DNA from: Cyanophora paradoxa CCMP329
Taxonomy: Eukaryota; Plantae; Glaucophyta
Assembly: GCA_004431415.1 (NCBI GenBank)
Contig: QPMI01000023.1
Coordinates: 124,001 to 188,000 of the forward strand
Direction of reading: 5' to 3'
Length of the DNA stretch: 64,000 nt
Under the pieces are notes generated by a model that had not been told where the DNA came from, did not search any database, and was given only the letters and a program-made list of their open reading frames with translations. Positions 35,492 to 48,589 of the stretch are shown one piece after another. The position numbers were made by a program, and so were the translations under genes. Within the stretch, counting starts at the first letter, position 1. Each line of letters opens with the position of its first letter.

Positions 35492-36190
35492 AAAATTATA
35501 AATTTAATATAAACATATCGAATTAAGCCGCGCGCGCGCCGGCCGCGGCCGGCCGGCGCCCGGCGCCGGCCGCGTCTTCCGCCTCCGCGATATCGATCAC
35601 GCATGCGCAAGCGCCGCGCCGCGACGGAAATTTGAATTCAAAGAATCACGCGGGGTCCAACGGTCGATACGTATACGTATTACGTACACGTGCACGCGCG
35701 CCGCGGCTGCGCACTATAGCTAGCGCTAGCTGCGAGCGCTAGGGCCCAGTACTAGTACTAGTCTGCGCATCATGCCGGCATGCATATGGCCAGATCGGAG
35801 TCTCTGAGCATCGGAGAAGCCATCGGAGAAGTGGTTGTTCAATTTGGTTTTTTAAAGTCTGAAGCCCCGGGGTACGCGGTCGAACACACGGGCTTGCATC
35901 GTGGAGCTCCTGGCAGGCAGGGCGACCACCGGCAGCTGACGGAGATGCTTGTCGGCGTTGCTCCAAGGACAGCGGCGCGATCCCAGGCGTCCGGCCCGAG
36001 GCGCTGCTAGCGCGTCGCTGCCAGCTTGCCGGTGATGATTTGCAAGCATAGCTAGGGCACCAGCAGCAGTCACGGGCTGGTTTGCGGCGCCGCGGCCGGC
36101 CCTGCGCTTCCTGGCCGACGTGGATTCGATTCGCCATTGGTTGCCTCCGCGCGGGCTGCTTGCCTCCAGTAGCATCTGGAGAGCTCAGCA

Positions 36191-39100
36191 ATGGAACTGC
36201 AGCTCGCCAGGCGCTTCGTCAGCTCGTGCGCGGACGCCACGCCACCTCTGCGTTGAGACCGCACTTCCGCACCGCCCACTCACCATTCATTGGCTGCAGG
36301 TCTGTCGTGCGGCACATTGTCGCGCAGCGTCGAGCGCGGGAGGCGGAGCGGCAGCGCAACGCCGCGGCCGCCGGCCATGCCACTTCCGCCAGGGGCCTTC
36401 TGGGGCCAGCAGCCGCGTCCGCGGGCGCGGGAGGGAGCGCGGGCGGGCGGTCGACGGCGGCCGGCGCGGCAGAGCCGCCCGTGAGCGGGGTCATTTTGGT
36501 CGCTGACATCTCGGGCTTCTCCTGTGAGGCCGCCCGTCCCCGCGGCGCCCGGCCTCGCCCGCGGCTGAGGCGGCCCCGCGCAGCGCTTTGCGAGAAGGCG
36601 GGGCGCGACGAGACCCTCCAGGAAGGTGCGAACGAAGGCTCCAGCCCCGCCCTGCGCTGCCCGCCGCCGCGCCCCGCGCCGCCCGCGCGGCCGCTGACCC
36701 CAGCGCGCCCGCAGAGCTCTGCCGTGTCATAAACGGGTACATCTGCGCGTGCGCCCGTCGAGAGGGGTACGGCGCTCACGCGCGCCCCGCAGCGCGTTCT
36801 CCAAGGAGGTAGAGCTGGCCGAGCGCTACGGGGGGAAGTCCTCTGCTTTCTCGGCGACGGTACCCCCGGCGCCTTGCTCCCCCCTCCCCTCACCCCACCG
36901 TCCCCGCAGGTTTGCTGGTGTTCTGGCCGCTGCCCGGGAGGCCGAATCAGCGGGTCGGGCCGGGGCGCCCCGCCGGCCGGGGGATGGGCCTGGCGGGACT
37001 GGCGTCGGGGCTGGCGCCGGGCGCTGCGCCGCCCGCCGCGGGGCCACAGCTGCCTTCGGCGGCCGCGAGCGCCGCGATGGCGCTGCGCGCCGCTAAGGCC
37101 GTTGCCTGCGGCCTCGCCATCCAGGAGGAGTTCTCGTCCGTCTGCGTCGGTACCCCCCTCCCGCCCGTCGCCCCGGAGGGGGGAATGATCCCCGGGGGGT
37201 AGGGATGGGCAAGGACATGGGCCTGCGGGTGGCCGTCGCCGCGGGGGACTTCACCGAGTACCACTGCGGCCTCGGGTACCCCCCTCCTTCCCTCCCCCTC
37301 CCCGGTTCGACGCGGGCGCGCAGGGCGTGGTCGGGAGGGGGGGGGGAGCCCGCCCTCGTCGACGCCCGGGGGCACCTCGTGCCGGGGTACGATGATATGA
37401 TCCTCTCCTTCCCCCCCCCCCCCCCCCCTTCCTGACGCCTCCCTGCCTCGCGAAGACGCATGCAGCACTTCATAGCTGGCCCCGCCATTGAGGAGGCTGG
37501 GGCCGCCCTCGCTGGTGCCTCGTACCCCCCCCCGCGCTGCCCGCGCACCGACCCGCCCCGCCCCGCTCAAGAGTGTTTCGGCGCAGCGGTCAAGGCGGGG
37601 GAGGTCGCGGTGTGCCGCTCGGCGCAGCGGTACCTGCCGGCGGCCATCGTCGCCGCCTCGGCCGCCCTCACCGGCGGCGGCGCCGGCGGAGGTCGCCTCT
37701 CCTCCCGCTCCGGTCGCTCCGGCTCCAGGCGAGCGAACGAGCGAGCGAGCGAACGTTCCTCTCACCCCCCCCTCACTTCGTTCGCAGGCGCGGCTCGTTC
37801 TCCGGCTCGCGGGGCCAGGGGGGGGACGCGTACGACTCGGGGGCGGAGTCCTCTCCGGAGCGCGGCCCCTTCTCGCCCCCCGGCAGCCGCGGGCGCCTCT
37901 CGGGCATCTTCGCGTCCCCCTCCGCCGCCGAGTCCCACTTCGTCGCGTACCCCGCCACCCGCGACGCCCTCGAGGAGTTCGTCGCCGGATTCGAACCCCG
38001 TCGCCCCGCCGGTGCGAATCGCTGTGCCCCGCCCCCTCCTCTTCCACACCCCCCCCCCCCCCCCCCCCCCTCCCCGCCCGTGCGCCCCCCTCTGAGCCCG
38101 CCCCGCAGAAGTGGCCCCGCTGGAGCTCGAACCCGAGGAGGAGGACGAGATCGCCCTCTACGTGTCCGTCACCCCTCTCCCCGCCCGAAGCAGTACCCCT
38201 AGCTTCGAACGCTGTACCCCCGCAGGCCCTACACGGTACGGGCGCGCTTCGAGAGCATGCGGGCCTGGGCCGCGTCGGGCTCGAACGAAGCATTCGACCC
38301 CGTGCGCGCGTACCCCCTCCTCCCCCTCCCCTTCATTTCCCGTACCCCTTCGACGCGTATCCCCAGACGCGTTTCCTCTCCGAGTTCCGGCTCTGCTCTG
38401 TGCTGGTGCGCGCGGATCGCCGTACCCCCTCCCGCCTCTACGCTGACCCCACGAAGTTCTTGAAGCTGTGCGGACTCGACCCCTCGCACGAATCCGTCCA
38501 GCGCGCGGTACGCCGCCCTTCCAAATCGCCGTGTCCGCCAGCAATCCATTCCCGACATTCCCGGCATTTCCGCGCCGCAGGTGCGCTCCCTTCAAGCCGT
38601 CCTCTACTCCCACGAGGGCTCCCTCCGCCAGGTCGTCCTCGACGACAAGGTACCCCCCCGGCTCTTCCCCCCCGCGCTCCCGGTCCTGAGCCCCCCCCCC
38701 CCCCCGCCCTCCCAGGGTATGGTGTTCATCGGGGTCTTCGGGCTCTGGCCCTTCGGTCCGCGTCGCCCGCCCTCGGCTCTGTTCCCCCCACTTCCACTCA
38801 CCGACCTCTTTCCCCGCCTCTGCAGCGCACGAGAACGACGCGCTTCGCGCGGTGGGCTGCGGTGCGTCCCTCGTTCGTGAGCGCTGCTGCGCCGAGGGCC
38901 GTCCTGAGAGGCGCGCACGCGCGCTTCGCCGCAGCGGTCGACATGCAAGAGAGCATGCGCGCGATGGGCGTCGACACCGTCCGCCGATTTCCATCCTTGT
39001 GCGCCCCTCTTCCCGCCCTCTGAAGCTCCTCCGGCCTGCCCCCAGAGCGTCGGGATCACGAGCGGCCTCGTCTTTTGCACTTTCGGTGCGCCTCTCTCCG

Positions 39101-42100
39101 CGCGAAGCTTCTCAGGACTCGGGGCGAAGCTTCGCTCGCAGTGGGGAGCCCGACGCGATGCGAGTTCAGCGTGTTCGGGCAGACCGTCAACAGGGCCGGT
39201 GCGCTCCGTTCGCTCGCTCGCGCGCGCGCCCCTTGCTCGCGCCGGCCCGAGGGCCTCTTACCCCCCTTCCCCCCTCCCCCCCCCTTCGTTCGCTCGCAGC
39301 GCGCTTGATGTCGAAGAGCGAGAACGACGTCTACGTGGACGCCAAGGTGGGACAGACAAGCCCCCCGGGCCCGACGCGCGCGCTGGACTGATCTCGCGCC
39401 ACGCAGACGCACGAGGCGTGCCGCTCGAAGGTGAGGATGGCCCACGTCGGCGACTTCAACCTCAAGGGCGTCGAGGGCAAGGTCCGCAGCCTGGAGCCTA
39501 GCCTGGACCCTATCCTGGACCGTGGGGAGCCGGGCCAGGGCCCGGCCCGGCCTGCGCCCTTCGCCCCTTCTCCTCGGCTCAGGGGGGCGTCCTCCCAGGT
39601 GCCTGTGTACCGCCCGGAGCGGAGGGGCGGCGCCATCCGCACGACAAGCTTCCGCCACAGCAACAAGAGCTTCAGCAGGAAGGCCCGCCGCCTTCCTTTC
39701 CTACGCTTGCGCCCATCTCTTCTTGATCCGTGCCGAGCAGCGGGCGCTGGCGAGCGTGACGGCGCGCTCGGCGGAGGAGGCGCGCGTGGACGCCGTCGTG
39801 CGGGCCGCCAGCGCCGGCGGCCTTTTAGCGGCGCCGGCGGCGCCGGCGGCGGCGCCGGAGCCCTCGCCGGGGGGCGCGTCGGCCTCGCGGGCGGCGTGGG
39901 AGCCGCCGCCCCCCTCCATCCTCCTCTTCGAAGGGCCCAGCGGCTCAGGTGAGCCCGCCGACCCGCCCGCCCCGCCGTCCTGCCCCAGTCTAAGGCGGCC
40001 GCCCGGGCGATCCTCGGCCCCTGACGCCCCGCCAGGCAAGTCCGTCCTCGCGGCGCACGCCGCGCGCGTCGCCGCGCAGCTCGACATGGTCGTCGTCCAC
40101 TCCGGTACCCCCCTTCCCTTCCCTCTGAGAAGAAGAAGACGCGCGCCGCCTCCGGCTGAGCTGGCTCGCTCGTTCGGCTCGTTCGGCTCGTTTTCGGCGC
40201 AGCGGCGCGGGAGAACCGCGAGACGAGCGCCCTGTTCGTCTGGCGCGCCATCGTCCGCGCCCTCTTCCCCCTCGCCTCCCTCGACGTGCTTTCCTTGAAA
40301 TGTTGAAATGTTCGAATCTTTTCCGCCCCCTTGACTGCCCTGCTCTGCCCGCGCCGCCAGATGGGCCCCCTGCTCGACGTGGAGACGGACGTCGAGCTGC
40401 TCGCCCACCTGATCAAGGCGCTGCACGCCCCCGAGCGTGAGCCTCAGGTGAGCCTCATACCAAGTTTCTCTTCTCCTTACCCACCTGCTCTTCTTCTCGC
40501 TAGCATCGTTCGCCGTCCCCGCGCCCCGCCCCTCTGACACGCGCGAGCAGTACAATGCGCAGCAGCAGCAGCAGGCGTCGGGGGGCCGCCGGCGCAAGGC
40601 GAGCGCCTCGGGGCCGGACGGGGTGGGAGGAGGCAAGGGCCGCCGCGGGAGCGCCGGCGTGATGTGCGCACCGCCATCGCCCGCGCGCGCTGGGGCCGGC
40701 GGCACGGCGGCGCCTGACGCGGCGGGGCAGGTGGGTGCAGCCGGACGCGTTCACCGTCGCCGCTCCGGCGGCGGGGCCGGGGCCGGGGCCGGGCCCGGGC
40801 CCCCCGAGCAAGGGGTCGACGCCACCCACTTCGATGCCCGATATGGTCCCGTGCGCCTGCGATCCCAGGGCCCCTCGCCCCCTCTCTACTCTTAAGTCGT
40901 ATTCACCTCCCGCGGCAGGCCGCAGGAGGCGGGTACGGTGTTCGTCCTCGCCCGCCGCGGGTCAGCCGCCGATCGCGAGCACCGTCTCACCAGCGCCAGT
41001 CCCGAGGTCGCGTACCTCGTTTCGTTCGTGTACCCGTCGGTCCATTGACGGCGATGCGCAGCCCAACCCGTTCACCGGCGGCCCCTCGCGCCCCCGCACC
41101 GCGGCCCGCGATCCCCGCTCCCGCAGCACCGCCAGCTCCCCGGTACCCCCCGACGCCTTCCTCGCCCAGCCTTCCCTCCCCGGAGCGCCGGACGAGCCGG
41201 CGGCGTCGGCGGCGGCGGGCGCGCCGCGCATGTCGAAACTGATGGCGCTGCCGATGGTCCACCACGAGGCCGGCCCGGGCCGGCGGCACAGCGTACACGA
41301 CCGGGCGGCCGAGGCCGCAGGCGGCGGCGGCGGCGGCGGCGACGGCGGCGGCGGCGGTGGCTTGACCGACTCGCTGATGCCAGAGGGCGATGGCTACGTC
41401 GCGGGCGCCGAGGCGGCCCCTTCGGACGGCGCCCCGCCGCCCCAGTCCGACACGTCGCTGAAGGGGCGGCGGGCGCCCAAGCTCGGGGACGCCGGCGAGC
41501 GCTCCAGCTCGAAGCTGCTCAGCTTCAGTTGGCGCCAGGGCGGCGGCGGCGCCGCCGCCACGGCCGCCGCGACCCCGAAGGGCGGCGCCGCCACCCCGCA
41601 CAGCGCCGGCGGCAGGCTCCGCCGGCAGCAATCGTTCGAGGAGGAATTCGAGGAGGGGGCGGCGCCGGCGGCGATCTTCGCGCAGCCGACGGCGCCCGAC
41701 GAGTCCGTCGAGTGGATCGCGTGCGGCGTGCGCGCCCTCGTCGCCAAGCTCGTCGTCCGGCGCGCCGCCGCCGGCCGCCCCATCCTCGTCGTCCTGGAAG
41801 GCACATGCAGCGACTGGGTCTGACTCTGTCTCTCGGGTCTGACTCTGTGTGTGTGCGCCCGCGCAGACCTGCACCACGCCGACTCGCAGAGCTGGGCGGT
41901 CCTCGGCGAGCTCATACAGGCCCTGGCCGAGGCGCCCGCCGGCGCCGCGCGCGTCGCCCTCGTGGGGACCCTCCGCACCCCGGCCGAGCACTCGCCGGCC
42001 GCCCGCGCCGCCGCGCGCCTCCAGGCCGAGCACCGCGGCCGCGCCGAGCTCATCAAGCTTGGTGCCTTCCTCCTAGCAATCCCGACGCGATACACAAACA

Positions 42101-45100
42101 ATGAAACGGTCTTATAAGACGCTATGTGATTCTAACATTGAAATCGGGGCAGGCCCGCTGACGGACGGGGACGTGGAGGCGCTGGTCTGCTCGACGGTCG
42201 GCGCCGCCCGCGTGCCCCGCGCCCTCCGCGACTTCGTCAAGGCCCAGGTGCCCGGCGCCCGCACCCCTGCCTTTTAGAAGGACTCCCGCGCACTGTTACA
42301 GAGGCCTTCTTTTGTAAGGGATCCAGCGCACTGTTAAAAAGGCCCCAGAGCGCTGCGCAGCGGCCTTGGGCCTCGCCGCGAAGCCCTCGGAGCGAAGCGA
42401 GCGAGCGCGCTCTGACGGCGGCGCCTCTCGCGCAGACGGACGGGCTGGCGGTGCTCGTGGTGGACCTCGCCCGCTCCCTCCTCCAGGAGGGCGCCCTCGC
42501 CGTGCGCCCCGCCGCCCCGCCCGCCCCCTCCCTCCGCCGCCTTCTCTCCCCGCGCCCTAGAGATTCCCCCGACACCGCCCCCGAATTATAGCTACGACTC
42601 GATGCGAGATTTATCGCTTATATCGTTTATCTATCGCTCTTTGGGCGCCTCCTTTCACCGCTCTCTTGAGCGCGCGCCGACCCGGCCCGCCCCGCCCCGC
42701 CCCGCAGGTGGACACCGCGGGGGACGCCATCGTCAAGGGGCCCCTGCGCCGCCTCAAGCCCACCGTCCGCCCTTCCCGCCCGCCCGCCCTTCCCTCCCTC
42801 CCTCCCTTTCCTGAGCCTACGGGGCGGCAGGACGGGGCGCGCGCAGCTGTGATGGAGAAGCTGGACCGCCTGACCGCCGTCCAGTCCACCACCCTTAAGC
42901 TCGCCGGTCAGTCGGTCGGCGCCGTTGGCCGCAGGCCAACGGTACCGCACCGCCGGCTGACTACGCCTTCGCGCGCCCGGCAGCGGTGATCGGCGTGCGC
43001 TTCTCCGTGGCTGAGCTACTCGCCATCCACCCGGGCAGTGCGCGTGGCCCGCCCGCGCCCCCCTCCTCTCCGCTCAGCTCCGCGCCGCCCGCGCTGCAGG
43101 CCGCTCGATCGGGGGCGGCGGCTCGAGCGCGCTGGTCTCGCCGCAGTCACCCGAGGCAGAGCCGACCGTCGAACAGGTGCGCGCCCCCTCGCGCTCTTCT
43201 CTGCGGAGCAGCCCCTTCCACCCTTCTATAGACAGCTCAACGGCGGCGGTCCCCGCGTACTCCTAGCGCCAACCTTTGCTGTCCTTATCTCCTGCACGGC
43301 TGACCCGTCCCAATCGTTCAGGTGCGGGCGGCGGTGGCGGCGGCCTCGCGGGACGCGAGCCTGGGGGCCGCCATCGACCGCGAGCTCGCCGCCCTCGTCA
43401 AGCTCGGCATCCTGGTCCGTCCGCGCCGAAGACATGGCATATAAGCCAGCTAGATACAGATGGATACAGAAGATATATAACACACAAGTTAGTTATAAAG
43501 CGGGCTCGCCGAGGGCGGCATCTATCTATCTTCTATTCTATCTATCCGCCCCCGCCCCGCCCCCGCCTCCTACAGAAGATAGATAGAATACAGCCGGGGC
43601 GGGCCGGTCTGACGGGGGCGGGGGCGCAGGGGGAGGCGGATGCGGGGGAGGAGGAGGGCGGGGGCCTGGTGGAGGCCGCGGACGCCCTCTCCGCCGCCTC
43701 GGGCGCCCCCCGCGAGTACGAGTTCCTCCAGCCCCTCACCCAGGTCCGCCGCTCCGCTCCGCCCCGCCCCGCTCCGCTCTTAGCGGAGGAAGGTTCTTTG
43801 TAATTTATAACGCTATCAGTCTAGCTTTCGGTTCTATACCAGGTTTAGCTGTTGCATTTGGTTTCGGGATCCCACTTACTCCTGGGGCGCAGGAGGTGGT
43901 GTACAGCCTGCTGCCCGTGACGGAGCGGCGGGCGCTGCACCTCAAGCTCGCCCTGTTCCACGAGTCCCGCCTCCGCCCCAGCCCCTCCACCCTCTCCCCG
44001 GGGACCCTCTCCCCGGCCTCCTCCACCCTCTCCCCCTCCCCGTGCGCCCCGCCCCCCCCACTCAAAGCCTCCAGAGCGACCCTCCTGAGCGCCCGCTCGC
44101 TCCTCAGGATCCTTGCGGGGGCGCCCCTGGACGAGCGCGACGGGCCCGGCGGGGTGGACGACGACCTGGCGGCGACCCTCGCCCACCACTTCGTCCTCGC
44201 AAACGTGCGGCCTCAGCTGAGGGCGCGGGGCTGGGCTTAGCGAGCTTAAGCTTGAGCGAAGATAGAAGAAGCTTAGGCTTAAGCTTCGTCGCGAGGCTCA
44301 GCAAGCTTAGCAAGGCCTGGCTTGAGCTTACGCTTCGTCGCCGTCGCCGTCGGCGTCGCCGCTGCCGCCGCCGCCGCCGCCGCTCCGGCGCTGAGCTGAG
44401 CTGAGCTGAACGGGCGGGCGGGCGCGCAGGAGCCCGGGCGGGCGTGCCGCTACCTCGAGCGGTGCGCGGAGGCCGCGTACGCCTCCTTCGCCAACTTCGA
44501 GGTGAACGTTCCTCCCCCCCCCCCCTCTTTCTATCTTGGCCTGCGCTGATTCCTTGTTCCCGCTTGTTCTGCGCTCCTTGCTTCTTGCCAGGCGATGCGC
44601 CTGTACGAGGACCTCCTCCAAGTGAGCGCCGCGGCGCCCCCGCGCCCCGCCACGCGCCTCCGCTGGATGCGCCAGCTCGCCACCGTCTACGCACGCCTCG
44701 AGTGCGCCCCCCCCCCTCTTCAGCTGTACCCCTTCAACTTCTAACGCCGTACCCAGCATGTTCAAGGAGAGCATAGCGATCAGCCTGGCGGCGCTGGAGG
44801 CGGCGGGGCGGCCGGCGCCCCGCTCCCCGCTGGCCCAGCGCCTCAGCGCGTACTGGGGCACGGCGAAGGTCCTCCTGAAGGGGGCGCCCCGCCCCGATCG
44901 GTACCTGCGGGGCGCCCGCCGGGAGCCCGAGGGCGGCGGCGAGGCGGCCGAGATGGTGCGCCTCCCCGCTCCTCCCCATCCGAGCACTGGCTCCTAGACG
45001 GACGCCAGCCACTCGTCCTCGTCCGAGTCGGATCCGCGTACCCCCAACTCAACTCCTCTGACCCCTCCGCCCCGCCCCGGCCCCGCCCCGCAGAGCCAGG

Positions 45101-47112
45101 AGCTCTCGCGCCTGTACAGCGTCCTCCTCTTCACCACCTACGGCGCCGGTGCGCCCCGCCCCTCCGCTTTCCTTCGCTCCGCTTCGCTCTGCTCTCCTCT
45201 CTCGCCCTCTTCTTCACCGTCTGAGCGGGGCGCCGCACTGCAGAGCACGGCGTCGTCCTCTCGTCGTACTGCATCTCGACGGTGCGCGAAGACGCAGCTC
45301 TCGAGATCCCTAGTTTAAAAAGATGTGCTCGGATAGGTCCGGCCAGGCAGGACCGTCTCTAGATCCCTCCCCACGCGCCGCTGTTTCCAGCGGCTCGGCC
45401 GGACCGTCTCTAGATTCCTAGTTCTTCTTCTTCTAGGTCTAGCTCGCGGCAGGCTCGCGAGAAGCTGGCTCGCGCGAAGCCGCCGCTGACGCCCGCGCGC
45501 GCGCAGCTGGCGGCGAGGGCGGTGGCGCAGGACCCCCCCACGCTGAGCGGGCACACCGCCATCGGCCTCGCGCGCGCCGCCCAGGTGCCCGCCCGCTCAG
45601 ATCTGATCTGATCTGATCTGATCTGACCGCTCGGGCAGCTGTGCGGGTTCGCGGGGCACCGGAAGCGCGCGGTGCAGTGGGCGTCCCTCGCGTGGTCCAT
45701 GGCCCTCGAGATCGCCTCCCCCGAGGTCCGCTCAGATCAGATCAGATCAGATCAGATCTGATCTGATCCGATTCGCTACCCCGTGCGCATCCCCCAGGTG
45801 TGGCACGACATGACGAACCCCCTCGCCCAGACCCTCCTCGCCGCCTGCGGTCAGATCAATCAAATCATACCCGATCCGATCCGATCCGATCCGACGTCTG
45901 ATCTGATCTGATCCGATCCGAGCAGCCTTCGAGTCGGCGAGCTCGGCGCTGCAGTTCCTCGCGGAGGAGGCCGAGCGCGCCCGCAACCTGAACCACAGTG
46001 CGCCCCAGAACGACTATAGAGATCTAGAAACCCATCAAATCATATAATAGTAGTAACGCCGCGAACGACTAGAAGCTAGAGCACGAAAGAAACCCGTCTG
46101 ACCAGTCGGCCGAACGGCCGGACGAGCGGCAGGCGCGCTGGTGTGCACCTGGCGCGGCGTGCTCGCCCTCCGCGCCTCGGCGCGCCTCGCGCACCCGGCC
46201 GGCGGCGTCGCCGGCCTCGCCTCCGAGCTCCGCTGCGCCCTCAGCGCCGTCAAGCGCAACCCCGACATCCTCGAGAGCTTCTACACCGTGCGCGTACCCC
46301 CCCTTCTGCCTCCTCCCCCCCGCCCGTCTCATCTCGAGGGCCCCGCACGCAGACGGTCGCGACGGCGGTGCTGGCGCAGTGCAGCCTCCTCATGGTCCTC
46401 ATACCCCCCCCCCTCCCCCCCCCATCCTCCTCACCTGAGCGCAGGACGAGGCGGGGTTCGGGCTCTCGGTGCTGGAGGCGCACCTGGCGGGGCTCGTCTC
46501 GGGCGTCCGCGTCTCCCTCCCCTTCCGCGCCTCCCTCCAGGGCATCCTCGCCGCCGTGCGCCCTTAACTAAATCAACTAAAGAACCCTTAACTAAGTTAA
46601 CTAAAGAACTCTTAACCTCGCCGCCGTGCGCCCGCCCGCCCCCTCGAGAGAAGAGCCGCCGCGGCAGCAGAACTAGAGATCTAGCTGCCCTCTAGCTAAG
46701 GGCCGTGCGCCCGCCCCCCTCGCGACCGAAGGAGGACAAGAGGAAGGCCTCTTAACCGAGGCCTCTGCTTTCTGTCTAAGTAAGGGCCGGCGCGCCGCCC
46801 GCGGACCTCTTTGAAGGCGTCTGTCGAACGCATCGCGTCCGAACAACTGACGGTGCCGGCGCAGGCGCTGTTCCGGTGCGCGGGGCCGGAGGGCCGCGGG
46901 GCGGACGGCCGGACGGCGGCGCGCGTCGCCTGCGACGCGGTGGACCTCTCCAGGGTGCGCCCTTCGGACAGAGGCTCGTTTCTAGAAGCTCGTGAGATTC
47001 CGTCTGCCGGGGATACCTTGGGAGCCCGCACCTCCCCGGGGCCTCGATTCTAAGATGCATTTAAACCCTTTCGAGGGCCTTCCGAGGCCCTGTTGAGCTT
47101 CAGCCCCCCCCG

Positions 47113-47144
<32 letters not shown>

Positions 47145-47848
47145 CCCCTGACGGAGCGCCGCCGGCGGGGGCAGGGATGGGGTGGAGCTGGTGAGCCGGC
47201 TGGGCGTCTACGCCGACTTCTTCTTCGAGGCGACCGCCGTCCTCTACTACGCCCTCCTCCACACGTGCGCCCCCGCCCCCCGCCCCGCCCCCACGTTACG
47301 CCACGCTTCTTCTCTTACTGACGGGCGCGCAGCGGGCGGTGCCGGCCCTCGCCGGGCCGGCGCAGGCCCTCCTCCCGCACCTCTCGGCGGACCGGAGCGG
47401 GGGCCCGCGACGGAGCGGACGGACCCCACCGGCACCGCCTCGCAGCCGCCGCGGAGCCACTCGAACACGCTGGGGCCGCCGCCGCCGCGCCGCCGGGGCC
47501 GGGCGAGCTGCTTGCGGCCATCGAGGGCGCCGACGCCTACATGAAGCGCGCCGGGAAGGCCCGCCTCGTGCGCTCCCTCGCGCGCACCGCGGCGGGGATC
47601 GCGCGGGCGGCGCGCGGCGACCTCCGCGGGGCCCGCGCGCGCTTCGGGAGGCGGCGCGGGCGGCGCGGGAGGGCGGGCAGCTGTGTGACGAGGGCCTCGC
47701 CCTTCTCCTGCAGGCGGCGCACGCGCCGGCCGTGCCCGACCGCGCCCGCCTCGCCGCCGCCGCCGCCACCCTCTTCGCCGCCGCCGGCGACGCCTTCCAC
47801 GCGCGCGTCGCGCGGGCTGTGGCCGCGGCGGCGGTGGCGCCGCCTTGA
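36191..47848 (+). CDS. Soluble adenylyl cyclase (ADCY10/SWACOS)-like protein 2: two class III cyclase domains + STAND NTPase + TPR-like helical C-terminus
   Basis: MELQLARRFVSS-SVVRHIV; VILVADISGFS; VLCFLGD; FLSEFRLCSVL; QVVLDDK-GMVFIGVFGL..AHENDALRAV; VGITSGLVFC..RCEFSVFGQTVNRA-ARLMSK; FNLKGVEGK. Walker A LLFEGPSGS-GKS, Walker B VVLE-DLHHADSQSW, VMEKLDRL, YEFLQPLTQ-EVVYSLL..RRALH. Apparent 1-nt shifts near 36830 and 47645. Confidence 0.88.
45326..45415 (+). repeat. Second copy of the short dispersed intronic repeat, with a 15-bp direct repeat
   Basis: Matches 1334-1420. ggaccgtctctagat occurs at 45350-45364 and 45401-45415. Confidence 0.8.
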
Positions 47849-48589
47849 GTCGTTCGCTACGGCTCTGATGGCCGCGGCCCCGCGCGCCGGGCGGTGCTCT
47901 GCAGTACACGAAATTTAAGAAATTAATTTAGTGAATTCATCTCTGTGTCTGGGAGCGGCCAGCTGCAGGCGCCGGCGGCTCCCAAGTTTAACGGATGTGA
48001 TGCTTTCAGAGTCTTTCTTCGCCCTTTCAATCTTTCAACCTCCGCCTTCGGGCTGATGTTCTGTATTTTCTCGTACAGCTTTCGACAGCATAGAGTAGCA
48101 AGCAGATTCGCCAGCGCAGTGCGTGTAATTGGTTTCCTATCTCGCCTGAATATTTCACTTTTCACATTGGATCGAATTCGAAGCTAGAGGCGCCGGCCGG
48201 CTCCAAGCTAACCCCCGCGCGCCGTTGACCGCGCGCTCGTGGGCTCGTGCAGGCCTAGGAACGTTAACGGAGCCGCGACCTAGGCCTGTGCGCATGCACC
48301 GGAGCCGCATGCAGCTCAGGAATGTGAGCTCTAGATGCACTGCAGGCGGCCATGGCCACGGCCTCCCGAGCTCGAGCTCTGCGAATATCGAGTTTTAATT
48401 TAATTCGATCGCGAAAGAAAAGCTGCGGCTGCGACTGCTGGTCATGCATGTGCAGGCATGCAGAGAGCTTTAAGCTTGAGAGTCATGTCGCGACAGAGAA
48501 GATGCTCTAAACCGAGTTATCGCAACATTTGAACGTTGACGCTACGTATACCGCGGCCGTAGTACACTATTGAGATTATCATACTTGTA

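Noticed and set aside
45598-45919. Clustered GATCT/ATCAG repeats with unique spacers as a CRISPR-like array
   Set aside because: These are 5-nt microsatellites inside introns, the spacers are host exons, there is no constant 23-50 nt repeat, and there are no cas genes.
36820-47650. Frameshifts in cyclase 2 (about 36830, about 47645) and small shifts in other genes as evidence of pseudogenisation or programmed frameshifting
   Set aside because: They are single-base shifts in or next to G/C homopolymers with motifs intact on both sides, so most likely long-read consensus errors. Read-level checking is needed.
12740-47848. Recent horizontal transfer of a bacterial defence operon
   Set aside because: All genes are densely interrupted by spliceosomal introns and resemble eukaryotic families (ADCY10-like, ZNFX1). 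There is no operon structure.
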